In this document: positions 49,768 through 60,200 of the stretch, piece by piece
Layout of the letters: each line of letters begins with the position of its first letter
Numbering within the stretch: the stretch's first letter is position 1
Origin: Candidatus Hodarchaeota archaeon
Lineage (GTDB): Archaea > Asgardarchaeota > Lokiarchaeia > Sigyniarchaeales > SOKP01
DNA: 64,000 nt
NCBI GenBank assembly: GCA_048886685.1
Contig: JBHLKM010000002.1
Location: 348,367-412,366 of the forward strand
Direction: 5' to 3'
The notes under the pieces: generated by a model
Told to the model about the DNA's origin: nothing
Databases searched by the model: none
What the model saw: only the letters and a program-made list of their open reading frames with translations
Position numbers and translations under genes: made by a program

Positions 49768-49894
49768 TTAACACCTCACTTAAAGGATTCACTATCTTTT
49801 TAATAAATATATAATGCTTTTCTCTTTTAAACTTAAATATTGATAATTGTGAAAATGAATTTAGGAATTACAGAGAATATCAATGATTCTTTTT

Positions 49895-51379
49895 TTAAAA
49901 TTGATCCCCCAAATAAAATTTCCCAGGACTTAGAATTTTATTAGGATCGAGTGTTTTCTTTATCCCGATCATGAAATTATAATATTCTTCTGTTAACGCA
50001 CCTGAATCAATCAAACTTCTGCTGATGATCTCGCCCATCCAATAATGGATTGAACCTTTTTTTATAAGTGTTATCAAATGATCCTTCCAGAGTTCTTGAA
50101 AGGCTTCCCTCTGGTTTATATCACCCCTAAGACCGAGACCTCCAGCAACATCAATATAAGTAGGAGCAACTCCGAATGCTATAAACCCTGCTCCACCAAT
50201 AGCACCAAGTTCTCTGATTTTTGGAAAATTTTTCAGATTCCATTCGTTATACAACTTTCTATATTCGGTTAATTGGGATGTGGGACATTTCATACAACCA
50301 CTTAAATTGAAATGACTCCCTCCTAACCAGCTATGATTAGCCCATTGCCATTTGCCGTCTTCTTCATAAAACCATTTACCCAGATTTCCTTCTTCGAGTG
50401 TGGGTCCTAGTTTTTTAAATTCTGCATTTTGGGCGATTTGTTCTATACGTTCGATATTGTAATCAAGCTGTTTTTGTGAATCTGCCACGGTAGTATATAA
50501 TAAAATACTCCCTTTAATTTCTACATTTAATAAATCCTTTGTAAAACCTCTCCCATCTGTATAATAAAAGAAATCGTGTAGCGGTAATCTATTATGTTGC
50601 CATTTAATCATTACATCTTCAACCTTTTTTGTGGATAAAATAACATCCCTATTATCTATCTCGTAGGTTGCATATCCCCTATATTCTGGTAACGGATACA
50701 AATTCAAGGAAGCCTTTGTTTTTACTCCGTGAATTCCGACATCCCCTAAAAATAAGCCCGAATAATCAGGTCCTAAACCAAATCTCGTAAAAGGTTTTTC
50801 ACAAAAGGAATTAGCCCTTGCACCAGTGTAAATTATGTCTCCTTGAGGTAATACAACTTCCAATCCGACACATTGTTCAGTAACACTCCCGTACATAGCA
50901 GCACCTCCCCCACCAACTGAATTATTAGAAAGACCACCACCAATCGTGGCTGAAAATCCCGATGCCGGACCAGTAGTTCCAGTATAATATCCAATTCCTA
51001 CATTACTTAATTGTTCAAGCAATTCACTCCAAGAAATCCCAACTTCCACTGTGACAATTCTATTTTCCTCATCAATATCTAATATTTTATTCATCCGAGA
51101 TACATCTAATACAATCCCACCATCTCCAATCGGTTTTGCTCCTCCAGTCAAATCCGCACCATTTCCTCTGGGAATAACCTTCATCTTATATTCATTCGCA
51201 AGTTTTAAGATTTCAGATATTTCTTCAGAAGTTCTCGGTTTAACAACAATATCAGGCATACCTTGGAGAATAAAATCACAATTCATTGAATATGAATAGC
51301 GAATTGGGTCTGAATCAGAAACATATTTAGTACCCACAATACTTTCAATTTTTTCACAGATATTTTGTATTATTGTCAT
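49895..51379 (-). CDS. FAD-binding oxidoreductase (VAO/PCMH; GlcD/D-lactate dehydrogenase-like)
   Basis: 'PDIVVKP', 'PRGNG..LTGG', 'TIGG..SNN', 'GLEVVLP.G', 'K..LDPN.ILSPGK'. Confidence 0.88.
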   Translation of the reverse strand: MTIIQNICEKIESIVGTKYVSDSDPIRYSYSMNCDFILQGMPDIVVKPRTSEEISEILKLANEYKMKVIPRGNGADLTGGAKPIGDGGIVLDVSRMNKILDIDEENRIVTVEVGISWSELLEQLSNVGIGYYTGTTGPASGFSATIGGGLSNNSVGGGGAAMYGSVTEQCVGLEVVLPQGDIIYTGARANSFCEKPFTRFGLGPDYSGLFLGDVGIHGVKTKASLNLYPLPEYRGYATYEIDNRDVILSTKKVEDVMIKWQHNRLPLHDFFYYTDGRGFTKDLLNVEIKGSILLYTTVADSQKQLDYNIERIEQIAQNAEFKKLGPTLEEGNLGKWFYEEDGKWQWANHSWLGGSHFNLSGCMKCPTSQLTEYRKLYNEWNLKNFPKIRELGAIGGAGFIAFGVAPTYIDVAGGLGLRGDINQREAFQELWKDHLITLIKKGSIHYWMGEIISRSLIDSGALTEEYYNFMIGIKKTLDPNKILSPGKFYLGDQF

Positions 51380-51485
51380 ATTTTATCGTTTGATCTAAGA
51401 TCTTTATATAGTTTTGTAAAAATAAGAAATGGTAAAATTTTTGATTTATATCTGTGTAAATATGGAAAAATTTCTAATCTAATAT

Positions 51486-51642
51486 TTAGTATTGACTCTT
51501 AATTTTTAATAATAAATCTTTTGAGGGCATTTCTCTGAAGGCAAAAATATTAACTATTTGTTCCTTGAACTCAGGATCTTTTTCAGCAAGAGAGAGCATA
51601 GTATTGAGATATTTTGACAAGGATGTATAGAATTTACATAAA
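51486..51642 (-). pseudogene. Possible orphan C-terminal gene remnant
   Basis: Open stretch KFYTSLSKYLNTMLSLAEKDPEFKEQIVNIFAFREMPSKDLLLKIKSQY* reads as protein-like but has no clear 5' part. Confidence 0.25.
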
Positions 51643-51655
51643 TGTTAAATATAGA

Positions 51656-51691
51656 TGGCGTTGTTATATATCACGCCAAAAAATTTTGGCG
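51656..51691. promoter_or_regulatory. Overlapping inverted repeats around a TATA-like box
   Basis: TGGCGT..TTATATA..ACGCCA and CGCCAAAA-aa-TTTTGGCG upstream of the 51737 gene. Confidence 0.45.
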
Positions 51692-51736
51692 AAGTTCAAT
51701 CTATCGTTAAATTAACAAAAATAAAATAAAAATGAT

Positions 51737-52057
51737 TTGATATTTATGGTTCATATAGTAATTACAGCCTGGTGGCCGTTTACTAAACAACAAGAGGTTT
51801 CGGATGCTTACAATAAACAAATTCAAGAGATGGGGCCTAATGACGCTATCAAATCAACACCGATGTGGCTTAAACCTTGTAAAAAAGGCTGGAAATCAGT
51901 TACATATAATGAAATTGAACAAGGAAAACTAGAAGAAGCCTTAAACTTTCTTGCCACTTTTATGACAGCATTTGGTTCTATTGAGGGATATGGTTTTAAA
52001 TTTGATCTTATGGTTTCTCAGCAAGAAGCATTAGCATCAGCACAACAACAAGACTAA
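51737..52057 (+). CDS. Small hypothetical protein, paralogue of 18532..18852
   Basis: 'ITAWWP...EV', 'GKLEEAL', 'IEGY.F..D', 'EAL'. Confidence 0.75.
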   Translation: MIFMVHIVITAWWPFTKQQEVSDAYNKQIQEMGPNDAIKSTPMWLKPCKKGWKSVTYNEIEQGKLEEALNFLATFMTAFGSIEGYGFKFDLMVSQQEALASAQQQD

Positions 52058-52178
52058 GTGTTTTGACACATTAAAAATACTAAATTTCTCTTTTTTTTTT
52101 AAATTTAAACTTATATTAGAGAGATTATAGAGACTAGAGAAATTTAAGTATTCGTATTATACATATAAGAAATATAAT

Positions 52179-53063
52179 TTATAATTCCTTTAGAATGGAT
52201 TTAATTTTATTATAATCCTCCCAAATTTCATTAAATCGATTTTTCATACCTGCCTTCCAGTTTAGTCCGGTTTCTGTAAAGATATAAAATATATCATTCT
52301 TGATTGCCTCGAATACAACGTCGCCTGATTGATCGGGTGAAGTGCCTGCTTCCCATATTTTTGGAGCTGCTCTGACTGCTTGTTCAAGATCAGGATGATT
52401 TTTTATAATTCTATCGAAGCATGGCATATAATCCGGACCACAAAATTCTGCCGGACGATTTCTTTCACTATTGGTAATTCTAGTGTTTACAACTCCCGGG
52501 CAAAGCACGGAAACACCGATCTTGGCACCCATTTGCGCAAAACTTGATCGTAGACTCTCTGAAAGGGAAACTACTCCTTGTTTAGTGATACCATAAATTC
52601 CATTTACAGCATCTCCGGACATTATTCCCGCCATGGATGATGTATTAACAATATGACATTCATTATCCTGCTGAAGCATTATAGGAATGAAAGTTCGAAT
52701 CCCATGAATCACACCCCATAAATTTACACTTATAACCCATTTCCAGTCAGATAAAATACACTCCCAAAGAAGCCCCGGAGCGGCGACCCCGGCATTATTG
52801 CATAATAAATGGACTTCTCCAAATGTATCGATTGTCTCTTGGGCTAATTTTTCAATATCTTCGGCTTTTGAAACATCGATTAATACAGATATAACGTCTG
52901 TTCCTGATGACTTTAATTCTTCTTCGGTCTGATTTAGAGCGTCTTTTTCAATATCAGCTATTACTATTTTCATACCTTCTTTTGAAGCTCTCCTTGCTAT
53001 ACCGAGACCAATTCCGCTTGCCGCACCAGTTATAACAGCAATTTTATCTTTAAAATCTTTCAT
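52179..53063 (-). CDS. Short-chain dehydrogenase/reductase
   Basis: 'TGAASGIG', 'NNAG', 'NTSS', 'YGITK' (YxxxK). Confidence 0.92.
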   Translation of the reverse strand: MKDFKDKIAVITGAASGIGLGIARRASKEGMKIVIADIEKDALNQTEEELKSSGTDVISVLIDVSKAEDIEKLAQETIDTFGEVHLLCNNAGVAAPGLLWECILSDWKWVISVNLWGVIHGIRTFIPIMLQQDNECHIVNTSSMAGIMSGDAVNGIYGITKQGVVSLSESLRSSFAQMGAKIGVSVLCPGVVNTRITNSERNRPAEFCGPDYMPCFDRIIKNHPDLEQAVRAAPKIWEAGTSPDQSGDVVFEAIKNDIFYIFTETGLNWKAGMKNRFNEIWEDYNKIKSILKEL

Positions 53064-53138
53064 ATCTTTCGAACATCCTTTTTATTATTACATTATAATA
53101 TAATTTATAATTAATACTATATTTTGTTTTTTTTAAAT

Positions 53139-53164
53139 AGGTTCTGCCTATTTAGGTAGAACCT
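53139..53164. repeat. Near-perfect 26-bp palindrome/hairpin
   Basis: AGGTTCTGCCTA-TT-TAGGTAGAACCT, one mismatch, upstream of the SDR gene. Confidence 0.55.
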
Positions 53165-53253
53165 TGCAGTAAAAAGGAGCAACTTTTTGATATCGATTCA
53201 TGAATTTAAAATCAATATATTTTTTACTTTTAATCAAATTATTAATTTTATAT

Positions 53254-54087
53254 TTAACCTGCTGTGCTTGAGGGGATTAAAAGAATTTCATCTCCATCAT
53301 TTATATTATAATCCTTTAAGCGGAGGTCTTCATCTAATGTAATACCACCTGAAGATAAATGAAAATTCGCAGGTACCAGTCCATATAATTTTCCTACGGT
53401 TTCTTTAATATCGCTAATGCTATTATTGTAATCAATAAGTAAATTTTGTTTCTTCTCACCTGGTCCAATTGTAGATATAAAGAAAACATTAGTCTTTTTT
53501 CCTTTCTCTACAGGCTCGATGGGTGGTGTTTTAGATTTAATCGTAGAGGAATCGTCAACATTATTTAATTTTTTCACATCTATTTGTTCTAAATTGTTCT
53601 GCAGTTTTATATTATTATCTGGCAATTCTGTAGAAATTTCTTCACTTTGTTCGAAAACTTTCGGTCTCTCTTCCATATAAAGATTTGGTATTACTGGACT
53701 GACTTCACGCGCACCAAAGATTCTTGCGATTTTTTCAGAAGTTAAATAAGCATAAGGTAAAACAGGATCTATCATTGTGCGAGGTCCCAATATAGAAACT
53801 AAAATAGCCATTTCTCCAACTTGAGAAAATATTAATCGAAATTTTTCAGTATCAAAGGTTCCTGTTCCAAAATCCAATGAACTAAACTCTTTTGTTAATC
53901 TCTTCAATACGGGTTCGATTAAAGATGAGACGCCCCCTACAATTTCCTCATTAATATTTATATCTCTAGATTCTGAAGCCATTACAAGACCTTCTTTATC
54001 AACTATGACTGCAGCAATAAGACCTTCCCCAACTGCCTTTAAATATTCATTCAATAAAATTTCAATCTTTTCACGGTAAATTGACAT
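53254..54087 (-). CDS. Roadblock/LC7-like domain fused to a C-terminal ubiquitin-like domain
   Basis: N-terminus 'LIAAVIVDKEGLVMAS' is roadblock-like; low-complexity linker; C-terminus 'SISDIKETVG..YG....FHL..GG..LDED..LKDYNINDGDEILLIPSSTAG' is beta-grasp-like. Confidence 0.8.
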   Translation of the reverse strand: MSIYREKIEILLNEYLKAVGEGLIAAVIVDKEGLVMASESRDININEEIVGGVSSLIEPVLKRLTKEFSSLDFGTGTFDTEKFRLIFSQVGEMAILVSILGPRTMIDPVLPYAYLTSEKIARIFGAREVSPVIPNLYMEERPKVFEQSEEISTELPDNNIKLQNNLEQIDVKKLNNVDDSSTIKSKTPPIEPVEKGKKTNVFFISTIGPGEKKQNLLIDYNNSISDIKETVGKLYGLVPANFHLSSGGITLDEDLRLKDYNINDGDEILLIPSSTAG

Positions 54088-54387
54088 AGAATCTCAATTT
54101 TAAAAAAATTAAAAGGAAAATTATTCGTTTTCTCACATATCTTTCTTAAGAAATAAATCTCTCTTTAGTATTATATATATTTTCTTTTTCAATATGAGAT
54201 TAAATTAAAAATTTATAATTATCTTGCTCTTAACTTTTCCTTTTAGAAAACTCCTTTATAATGGCTACATATTCTTTCTATAAATAGTATGAATCATCGA
54301 AATCAGACATTGAAATTTCCAGAAATAACCACATCATACACAATTTATGTGAAGGCTTTCACTACCCTTAAAACCGAAGGCTTTAAG

Positions 54388-56121
54388 TTATTGAGTAAAA
54401 ATCTCATTAATCACAATTTTAAGGGCAGGTGGTTTATCGAGTTCTAACATCTCACTTGTTTTTACTGACTTATTGAGAGCATGCCAAATTTCCGAATTCT
54501 CTTTTATAGCTTCAGAAAAGCGCGTCAACTTCTGAAGCGCGGGGTAGGACTGACCTTTAATGACATAGCACGTCAAAAAGGGTTCCACTGGATTTATTAG
54601 GATAATATTTTCACCGATTCGAATACGGTCAATGGACCTCGAAAAGATCTCGCTGCTAAACGTATTAAACGCAGACATAAATGAACTGAAGAGGTCGCTA
54701 TAATCCCAGCTTGTCACAAAGGGATGATTAAAGTACGTGGTTCCGCTATTATCCATAATAAGGAGTAATATCGGTTCTTCATCAAGAATCTCAGGACCTT
54801 CCATTATATTTATTCCTTTCATTCGAGTGAGAATTCTATCGAAAGAAGCTAGCTTTATTCTTTCTGACATTGGGGCATTATTCTTTTTTAACTGTTCCCA
54901 CACATTTAGTTGTTCCAGCAATCTATCATGACCTAGTGAAAGTGTGTGAGCTAGTCCCTGAAATCCATATTGCTCAGCAAGACGTTGAGCTTGTGTATAC
55001 AGACGTTTCGATTCCCCGAAGTTCATTTGAATTAATTATAATTTTGCTTGAAATCCTTTAGTAAGACACGTATACATAAACGAGTGAGTTTTTTCTGCAA
55101 AGCTAAGAAGTTTAGTAATTAGTGGTTCTAACTCACTGATAATTTCTTTATTATTAGACATTTCAAGCTCTTCTAGAAGAATTTCACACAGAGTGCTTAC
55201 TGCATTTAAAAATACTTGAGGATTCGTAATCTCATCTGCTACAATTTGTTTGAACAGATTCTCAGCTTCAGCACGATCTCTCGATCTTCCACTTGCCTTA
55301 AGCATTAATCCTTTTGCCATTAAATACATTTTAAAGGTGGTCTTGTCTTTTGTCTTTTTAGCTGCTTCCTCAAATTGTTTTAGATATTCTTGTGCTTGCT
55401 CATATGAATCTAAATCAAGGTGAGTTAGGGTTAAACTATATAATGCCCATCCAATAAGTTCGACAAATCCCGAGTTTCTAGCATGAGTTAAACCATTCTC
55501 TAAATATTCTAAAGCACGTTTAAGATCTCCTTGAAGTCTATAGGTAGCACCAATAAGCTCTGAACACAAAGCAGAGAGATAATCGATTTTTTTTTCTTGA
55601 GCAAGTATATATCCCTCTTCAGCGAATTGTAAAGCTTCATTGAGTCTACCTTGGGTTCCGTAAATTATTGCCAAATTTTTTAGATTCTCAGCTTTTGTCA
55701 TCGGGTCAATTTCTTTGATAGAAAGACTCCTTTTTGCGTACTCTATTGCTAGTTCTAAATTGCCATTAACATTAAATCCATAATTATATGCCAATAAAGA
55801 ATAACTCTTCGCGATACCCGCCTGATCGTTTAATTGTTCATAAAGTTCTAAACTTTTCTTTGCATACTTTAAACCTTCATTTTTCTCTCCTTTCTGTGAA
55901 TAAAAACTACTAAGATAGCTTAGATTATTTGCAATGTTTAATTTTCGACCAATTTTCTCATATAATTTTTTACATTGTAATAGAATCTCTATTCCCTTTT
56001 CATAATCTCCTCTAAAAAAGTATCTCCAAATAGCGTTTTCGACTCTTGAAATAATTCTAAGGGCCTTCTCTCTTTCTCCTTTAGATAATAATTCTTCCGC
56101 ATTGGTTAATTCTATTGACAT
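54388..56121 (-). pseudogene. TPR-repeat protein with C-terminal longin-like domain, split by one in-frame TAA
   Basis: Track ORFs 55036..56121 and 54388..55026 are in the same frame: ...CAA GCA AAA TTA TAA TTA ATT CAA ATG AAC (QAKL*LIQMN). Confidence 0.8.
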
Positions 56122-56176
56122 TTATTTGAATACCTTCTTTAAATTAAAAATTCTTGGATTCAAAAATGGGAAAGAA

Positions 56177-57015
56177 CGATTTGCTTAAAAATTGTAGATT
56201 AAAATTAAGGAAGATACGTTTCCTTAAAAGCCTTTGGCAAATCCTTAATACTTTCATTGTAGAAACCAGGCTCTACGATGATTGTATTACAACAATTCAA
56301 AGATTTTATTCAATACTTACTAAATATTTAAATAACCTAGAGTAGAATATTATTAACGTGAAGAAAAGTGAGTCATAATCATCCCTATAAATGTAATGAT
56401 TGTGGTCATCGGTGGCGTGATGTTGAATTCAAAGAAGGAATTGTAAGATGTGTGTGGTGTGGTTCTAAAAACATCGAAAGTAACGCCGCAAGGGATGTGT
56501 GGTTATTTTTGATAGAGTGTAGTATTTCGAGCATTATTTTTGGAAGTATAATTACATTTCTATACTTTGAATACCTCTTAACTTTTACTATTCCACTATG
56601 GTGGGTGATTCCTGCAGGTTTTGTTGTAAGTTTTTTTGTTCCTATTTTCTGGTTATCATTCGATAAGTGGAGCATATTTTTTGCTCTCAAAAAAAAAGTG
56701 TGGATTGTGTTGATCATCTCGGGTATTTTAAGCATAACCATTGGAAGTGTATTAAGCGTTCTATACTATGAATACCTCTATACTCTTGATGTTGGACTAT
56801 GGTGGGTGATTCCTGTAGGTTTTGTTGTAGGTTTTTTTGCCCCTATTATCTGTTATTTTTTCGCTGAATGGAATCATTATCTCGATGAATATTCATAAAT
56901 CTTACCACTACGATTTAGAATTAACTAGAAATCCACTTCTTAATTTCAAACTTTCTAAGCCCTATCTCATTAAATTTAATTCTTTCCTAATCGTTATGCG
57001 ATTTGCTTAAAAATT
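56177..57015 (+). repeat. Exact 17-bp direct repeat CGATTTGCTTAAAAATT (56177-56193 and 56999-57015)
   Basis: Read directly from the sequence; flanks gene 56368..56898. Confidence 0.7.
56368..56898 (+). CDS. Zinc-ribbon membrane protein with duplicated 2-TM module
   Basis: 'CNDCG...CVWCG'; repeats 'YFEYL....PLWWVIPAGFVVSFFVPI' and 'YYEYL....GLWWVIPVGFVVGFFAPI'. Confidence 0.75.
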   Translation: MSHNHPYKCNDCGHRWRDVEFKEGIVRCVWCGSKNIESNAARDVWLFLIECSISSIIFGSIITFLYFEYLLTFTIPLWWVIPAGFVVSFFVPIFWLSFDKWSIFFALKKKVWIVLIISGILSITIGSVLSVLYYEYLYTLDVGLWWVIPVGFVVGFFAPIICYFFAEWNHYLDEYS

Positions 57016-57269
57016 TCTGGCAGTACCATATAATTTCGACTATATTCTTTTAAAACGGGATAAAGAGTACGAGAAGAATGAAAAGTTTGTTCATGGTGAC
57101 CTTGGTTTAACTTTTACTCATAAATATTTCTGTTATCGATGAAAACTCAAGAAATTTAAAATGACAACTATAAATGCAAATATTGTAAAAATAATAATTG
57201 TCAAGAAAAAAGATTATATGGGGTTAGGAGAGGTAGAATGCATGCTGAGGTTGATACGAAGAGTTAAAG

Positions 57270-60200
57270 CTATGGGAGCAGTTCTATTCTGTCGATTGCG
57301 TCTTGTAAATGAAACACAAGATATTCAGCCAGTTCTCCTGATATTTTCCCTTGATCTAATAATGAATTCACTTTAATGATTGCAAAATCCAATTTTTCTT
57401 GAGCATGGATTAGTGCTACATTAACTTCAAGGTCTAGAGAGAGTTTTAAGATAGAAAGCTCTAATAAACTGATCGCACAAGATAGAGCATTAGTCACGCA
57501 AATCCTATTAAAGAATCCGATCTCTTCCTTGATATAATCTTTTAATGTTAAGAGATCTACAGCAATTAATGCAATTTCATATGCTTGAGGAGAATCTATA
57601 GAAGATCCCATTAAAATTACAATATTATTTCGAATCTCTCTCAACCTAGGAATGATATATTTCGCATCCTCATCGCTAATGAATCCAATCCGGTTAAACA
57701 GTGCAGTTTGAAACTCAGAAACTTGAGCTAATGCTTGAGCAATAAGATCATGGACGAGACCGCAAGTAACATAACCCTCTATAATTAGACTATATGCTTC
57801 TGCTAAATGATCACTCGCCTTTTCTAACTTTCGTTGGATACTTCGGCCAAGATAAGAACTTAGATAATTTTCTACATATGTTCTTAAGATTTCTATACTC
57901 GAGATTACATAATTATACATCTCTTCTAAGGAAGTTTCAAAAGTTCCTTCAATAGCCGTATATGATGAATCCCCGATTCTATCATTATCTGCATCCCACA
58001 CCTCAACACGTACATTGTGCACACCAAGGCCCATTATCCATTCGTTCGGAATAGAATAATTAAAGAAAGACTCTACGGGAGTAGGATAATACTCAATAAT
58101 CTTTATATTGTCTATAAAGATTTTAATCATGCTCAACCCCAGATCATCTATAAAACCAGAGTTCTCATCTATAGCCGTAAACGAAACTGTGATGGTTTCT
58201 AGTGTTTGTTGAATTAAAAAATCATTGATTTCAGGTGCAATAATATCATCGTCAATGATTGTGACACTGAGTGTTGCGCTAGAATCTAAGGAATCTTTTG
58301 CGATGGTTCTATCATCATCATTATCACGGGCGTAAATATTCAAAGTATAAATCCCCAAAGCTGAAGGTAAGTACCAATTTCCATATTGGTCTCCTTTTAA
58401 TGTAACGGGGATGATAAATATATAATCATCTAATCCTTCAGTACTTTGGTATTTCACAGAAATGGATACGTTGCTGAAGCCAGTATCTTGATCTCCTCCT
58501 ATGCCATCATCTGAATCGAATATAGCCCATTCAAACACACCAGGATTTCCATCAGTTCCCTGCCCAAACCACTCAATGACGATTTCTGGTGGTTGAGTAT
58601 CATCATCGACAATGGAAACCATATGGGTCTTAATAGATATTTCTTGATCGCTGGTTCCACGGTCTAAATCACCATTTTTTGCAGTAATTTTAATATTATG
58701 GATATTTAGATCATTAGGAACTGCATATAGACCAGAAGAAGTTCCGACTAAGACTTCATCAATAAATACACTCATTTCTGAAATCCCGCTCTCGGGATCA
58801 GATGCTGAAACGACCCATTGTCCTGGATTGGCATCTGTATAATCCCCATTAATATATTCAATCTCAATTTCAGGGGATGTAGTGTCATCATCTAAAATTG
58901 TAATTGAAAAATCCTGCTTCAATTCTATTGATTTTATAGAACCGATCTCCTGATGAATTAGTAGAATAAAATCAAAATCTTGGAGTTCGTATGGACTATC
59001 CTTTATGATATCAATTTTAATTTTTATATTTCTTACCTCTTTGTTTTCCAATTTAAGAATTGGAGCTCCATTAGAAGTTGGAAGAGCATTCCCATTTTCA
59101 TCTAAAATAGAGATTATTATTCCATTTGGAATTATACCGTTAGTAGTTTTTGCTTTGACTTCAATTATGGGTTCTACCGTGAGTTGATTACCATCAGGAT
59201 TTATATGATTATTCACTTCATTATACACTTGGTAATCGAATTCAACTGATTCTCCATTCTTTACTTCTTTTATATTGTCTCCAATTGAAATAGCATGTAT
59301 TTGATTAACAGACAATGCCATTATTTTTAGAGAGTTTGCTTTCCAATTAATTTCATCAAAAAACTCATCTAAAGTTTTAAGATACCATGTTCTTGCAAAC
59401 TCTTCTAATTGAGAAGCAATTTCAATACATAAAAAATAGTCACCGTCTGTAAACGCCGTTTCTGCCGCTAAAAGTTGAGCTTCCAGTTCACTTCTAACTG
59501 TGTTATTAATGATCACAGGATTGCCCAGTTCTTTTTTTAGACCCACATACTTTGTAGTAAAATCATTCGCAGTTTCATCCATTACTAGTTCCAAAAGATT
59601 TTTCTGTATCACAGTAGATTTCATTAATTTTTCTTCTACTTCCCAAGATGAGCCATTTAATTGCCTGTAATTATTTTCATATTCAGCTGGGGTTTGTATG
59701 TTCCATTCTGGACGATTATTTCTATGATATTCGATAATATCTTTTGCTGTATCATTAAGAACGAAATTAGACATATCAGGTGCATCATTAGCATCAAAAT
59801 CAATACCTAACTGGTTCATTGTATCAACAGATTTTGAAAGACCTTGAGATAACTTCTTGCTTAAGTTTGGTATAATATCATTCGCTTCTTCCATATATTC
59901 AAGGCCCCACTGGAGTTGATTAGCAGCTGCCTCTTTATCATTATTATTTAAAGCAGTTATGTATTTATCATACGATTGCTGGTATCCGTAAAAATATCTC
60001 TCAAATTCATACAACTCCTCAACGACTTCAACTATATCCTCATCACCAGAATCAATCAACTGTTGTTTAATATCTGGGTTCAGTTCTAATTTGTCAGGAG
60101 TTGATTTTTCATTATAGTTGGGATTAGGAGGATCTACTTCATTAGCCATATGATGAAATGCATATTTTACAAAGTCTGCTATAACAGCAAAAACAAATAA

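Noticed and set aside
54303-54338. C/D-box sRNA-like ATGATGT...CTGA on the minus strand
   Set aside because: Imperfect C box, only about 35 nt span and no credible C'/D' boxes.
57161-57376. 71-aa plus-strand ORF
   Set aside because: Overlaps the 3' end of the 1689-aa gene on the opposite strand; no motifs.
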